NCBI RefSeq assembly: GCF_001194135.2
Contig: NC_068999.1
Location: 27,357,727 to 27,421,726, forward strand
Reading direction: 5' to 3'
From: Octopus bimaculoides
Lineage: Eukaryota
DNA length: 64,000 nt
Shown here: piece by piece, positions 60,894-64,000 of the stretch
Layout: each line of letters begins with the position of its first letter
Position numbering within the stretch: position 1 is the first letter of the stretch
The notes under the pieces: generated by a model
Databases searched by the model: none
What the model was told of the DNA's origin: nothing
What the model saw: the letters and a program-made list of their open reading frames with translations, nothing else
Position numbers and translations under genes: made by a program

Positions 60894-61438
60894 TATGTAT
60901 GTACGTATGTATGTATGTATATATGCATTATGCATCCATGCTTGCCTGTATGTATGTATGTATGTATGTATGTATGTATATACGCATGTATGCATCCATG
61001 CTTGCCTGTATGTATGTATGTATGTATGTATGTATGTATGTATGTATGTATGTGTATGCAGGTACGCATGTATGCATGTGATATAATTCAAAGATGATAT
61101 AAGCACACACACGCACACATACACGAATGAAGACTGGAACACATGACCACATATACACACACACTTTACTTCACATATGGAGACACACGTCCACACATAT
61201 GGTGATGCACATCCATACATACAAGCACGGTACATAGTTGCAAAATACACACACACTCAGACATGCACACAAACAAACAAAAAGGAACGCAATTTGAATA
61301 ACAGAGTCAAAACTATTGAAAAAGTTACAGGACACAACGAAAATTTTAGAAAAATAAAAAAGAAGCGGAAATTTTACCGGTGGGTGTGTTAAATTATAAG
61401 GCACTAAGAGAGAATGACTCTCCTCAGACACAACAGTA

Positions 61439-61475
<37 letters not shown>

Positions 61476-61485
61476 NNNNNNNNNN

Positions 61486-61529
<44 letters not shown>

Positions 61530-61559
61530 GGAGTTCAAGTTAAACAAACATTATTAAAG

Positions 61560-62230
61560 AGATTTTAAATATAATTGAAGTATTTATTAGAGATAATAAA
61601 AGATAAAAAATAAAAAAATATAACATTTTTCTGGTAATAATTTTGGAGTTGGTAATTCTACTACTAATAATGTTGGTAATGTTATTTCTTCTTTTAATAA
61701 ATTTAAGCTGAATAAGTTGTACAAAAACAAGTCTAATAATTATTCCAATAATAATAATAATAATATAGACCAGAATATAATTAATTGTACATGTAAAGAT
61801 AAAACTAAATGTAAATTTAATAATAAATGTAATTTGGAGGATATAGTATATAAATGTGTAGTGACTTTGATTGATGATAATAATAGGAATGGTTGTAATT
61901 TAAATACTATTTACATAGGGTCGACTTCTAATAAAATTAAATTACAGGTGGCTCAACACATGAATTCCTTTAAGAATAGAAGTTAAATTAATTCTGCCGG
62001 CCTCAGTAAATATATATGGGAACTAAAATCTAAAAACATCAAGTACAATTTAAATTGGGAGATAGTTTGTAAGGCAAAATTTTTATCGAATAGGTAGTAA
62101 TTTATTATGTACTAATGAATTTAAGGAGATATTATTAACTAATAATTAAAAAAATTAATCTATTCCCTAGATGAACGTAAAATTAGATGTAGACATAAGT
62201 TAAATTACTTATATAATAAGTTTACCTAAT
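61560..62230 (+). mobile_element. PLE (Naiad-type) GIY-YIG remnant
   Basis: NCTCKDKTKCKFNNKCNLEDIVYKCVV...IYIGSTSNKIK...HMNSFKN...LSKYIWELKSKNIKYNLNWEIV. Confidence 0.82.
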
Positions 62231-63645
62231 TTGTGTATATATATAAACCCTATTTTATGATACTAATTGTTGTAGATATAATTTGTAGTAGTTAAATGTA
62301 TATATTAGCACGAAATTATATTGGGTATATTACATATTTAGAATAAGATTAAACTAAGACGTTTTTTTATAAATAAATTAATTAATTAATAAATAGATTA
62401 ATTATAGAAATTTAGCTTAACTTATGTATATACGTATTTGAGTTTTAGATTATTTAGGCTTTATAATTTTCCAGTAAATGATATACTACAGCTATTTTTT
62501 TCTTATTCTCACAGCTAAAATACATTTTGTCATTTTAACAGTTTAAATACATATTCTATCTATTTATTCTATCATTGTTATATTTACGCCATATTTTTCT
62601 TATAACCGCAAAGTTCTTAGTATTCCGTTTGAAATTTTAGTTTAACAGAAATTCCCTGATAAGATAAGTCATGTTTTTATTTTAAGTAATAGTTGCTAAA
62701 TTTTTCGATTATTTATTGCTAAAACAATTATTATTCTATATTTATTTGATATTTTATTATAAGATTAGATACGTACATTTATTTTATTATTATCATTTTT
62801 ATTATTCTTATGAATATTTTTAGATCGAATCGAATTTATTTTAAATGTAGCCACGAAACGCGCGTAATCTTTTACTGTTATTTGCTATTTATTGATTGTG
62901 CAATTTATTGATTTTTGGGATAGGGTTTTTGAAGTATATTTGTTTTTCTAGATGTTTTTGAATGACACTTTTCATTGTTGAATTTGTTAATAGTTGGTTC
63001 TTCTCTAAATTATATATATATATGTGTGTATGTGTGTGTGAGTGTGTATGTATGTATGTATGTATGTATGTATGCATATATATATATANNNNNNNNNNNN
63101 NNNNNNNNNNNNNNNNNNNNNNNNNNNNNNNNNNNNNNNNNNNNNNNNNNNNNNNNNNNNNNNNNNNNNNNNNNNNNNNNNNNNNNNNNNNNNNNNNNNN
63201 NNNNNNNNNNNNNNNNNNNNNNNNNNNNNNNNNNNNNNNNNNNNNNNNNNNNNNNNNNNNNNNNNNNNNNNNNNNNNNNNNNNNNNNNNNNNNNNNNNNN
63301 NNNNNNNNNNNNNNNNNNNNNNNNNNNNNNNNNNNNNNNNNNNNNNNNNNNNNNNNNNNNNNNNNNNNNNNNNNNNNNNNNNNNNNNNNNNNNNNNNNNN
63401 NNNNNNNNNNNNNNNNNNNNNNNNNNNNNNNNNNNNNNNNNNNNNNNNNNNNNNNNNNNNNNNNNNNNNNNNNNNNNNNNNNNNNNNNNNNNNNNNNNNN
63501 NNNNNNNNNNNNNNNNNNNNNNNNNNNNNNNNNNNNNNNNNNNNNNNNNNNNNNNNNNNNNNNNNNNNNNNNNNNNNNNNNNNNNNNNNNNNNNNNNNNN
63601 NNNNNNNNNNNNNNNNNNNNNNNNNNNNATATATATATGTATGTA

Positions 63646-63691
<46 letters not shown>

Positions 63692-63834
63692 CACACACAC
63701 ACATACATATAGTGTGCGTCAGTGTTTTGAGGTCATTTGTATGAATTTAGAAAAAGACGCATAGCTCATCGAAGAAAAGCTGTAGTTGAGAATAAATTGG
63801 TACAAATAATCTTGAGAATTCTTTTATTACACCT

Positions 63835-64000
63835 ATTTAATGAATCCAACTTTAGTATCAATACAGGGTCGGAAGCATTGACATACTTGAATCAGGTAAT
63901 CTTTATCAATACTGGACATGGTGCTGTTTATGGCAGACTTGAGACATTGTATGATGTCAAGGGAACGTTGACTGACCCCTCTCTTGACTATTTAATTGTC
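63835..64000 (-). mobile_element. Tc1/mariner (maT/DD37D-like) transposase C-terminal tail
   Basis: IVKRGVSQRSLDIIQCLKSAINSTMSSIDKDYLIQVCQCFRPCIDTKVGFIK*; runs off window edge. Confidence 0.55.

Overview
AT-rich, microsatellite-dense, gap-ridden animal draft-genome window (about 9 kb of N). It is almost certainly intronic or intergenic. The SINE families, the mollusc-type 5S sequence and the (TA)n/(CA)n/(CATA)n load suggest a cephalopod, probably Octopus; this is inference, not a database result. No host protein-coding gene is supportable: the supplied ORFs are microsatellite or N artefacts, antisense frames or decayed transposon fragments. Contents: about 20 copies or fragments of tRNA-derived SINEs in several modular families; 9 Tc1/mariner-superfamily remnants (DD34D mariners, a long-TIR rosa-like derivative, a maT-like tail); 2 hAT transposase elements; a complete 1.44-kb non-autonomous Helitron; 4 R4/Dong-clade RLE-LINE remnants; 8 or more Penelope-like (PLE, GIY-YIG) remnants; a dispersed 5S rRNA copy; and several long fold-back inverted repeats. 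The most notable signals are a fully foldable minimal hammerhead ribozyme about 180 nt upstream of a PLE ORF (25425-25475, minus), further hammerhead-like motifs in ORF-less repeats (31640-31674, 18771-18833), and an R4-type LINE family that appears embedded in (ACAT)n microsatellites and has two copies sharing one 5' end.
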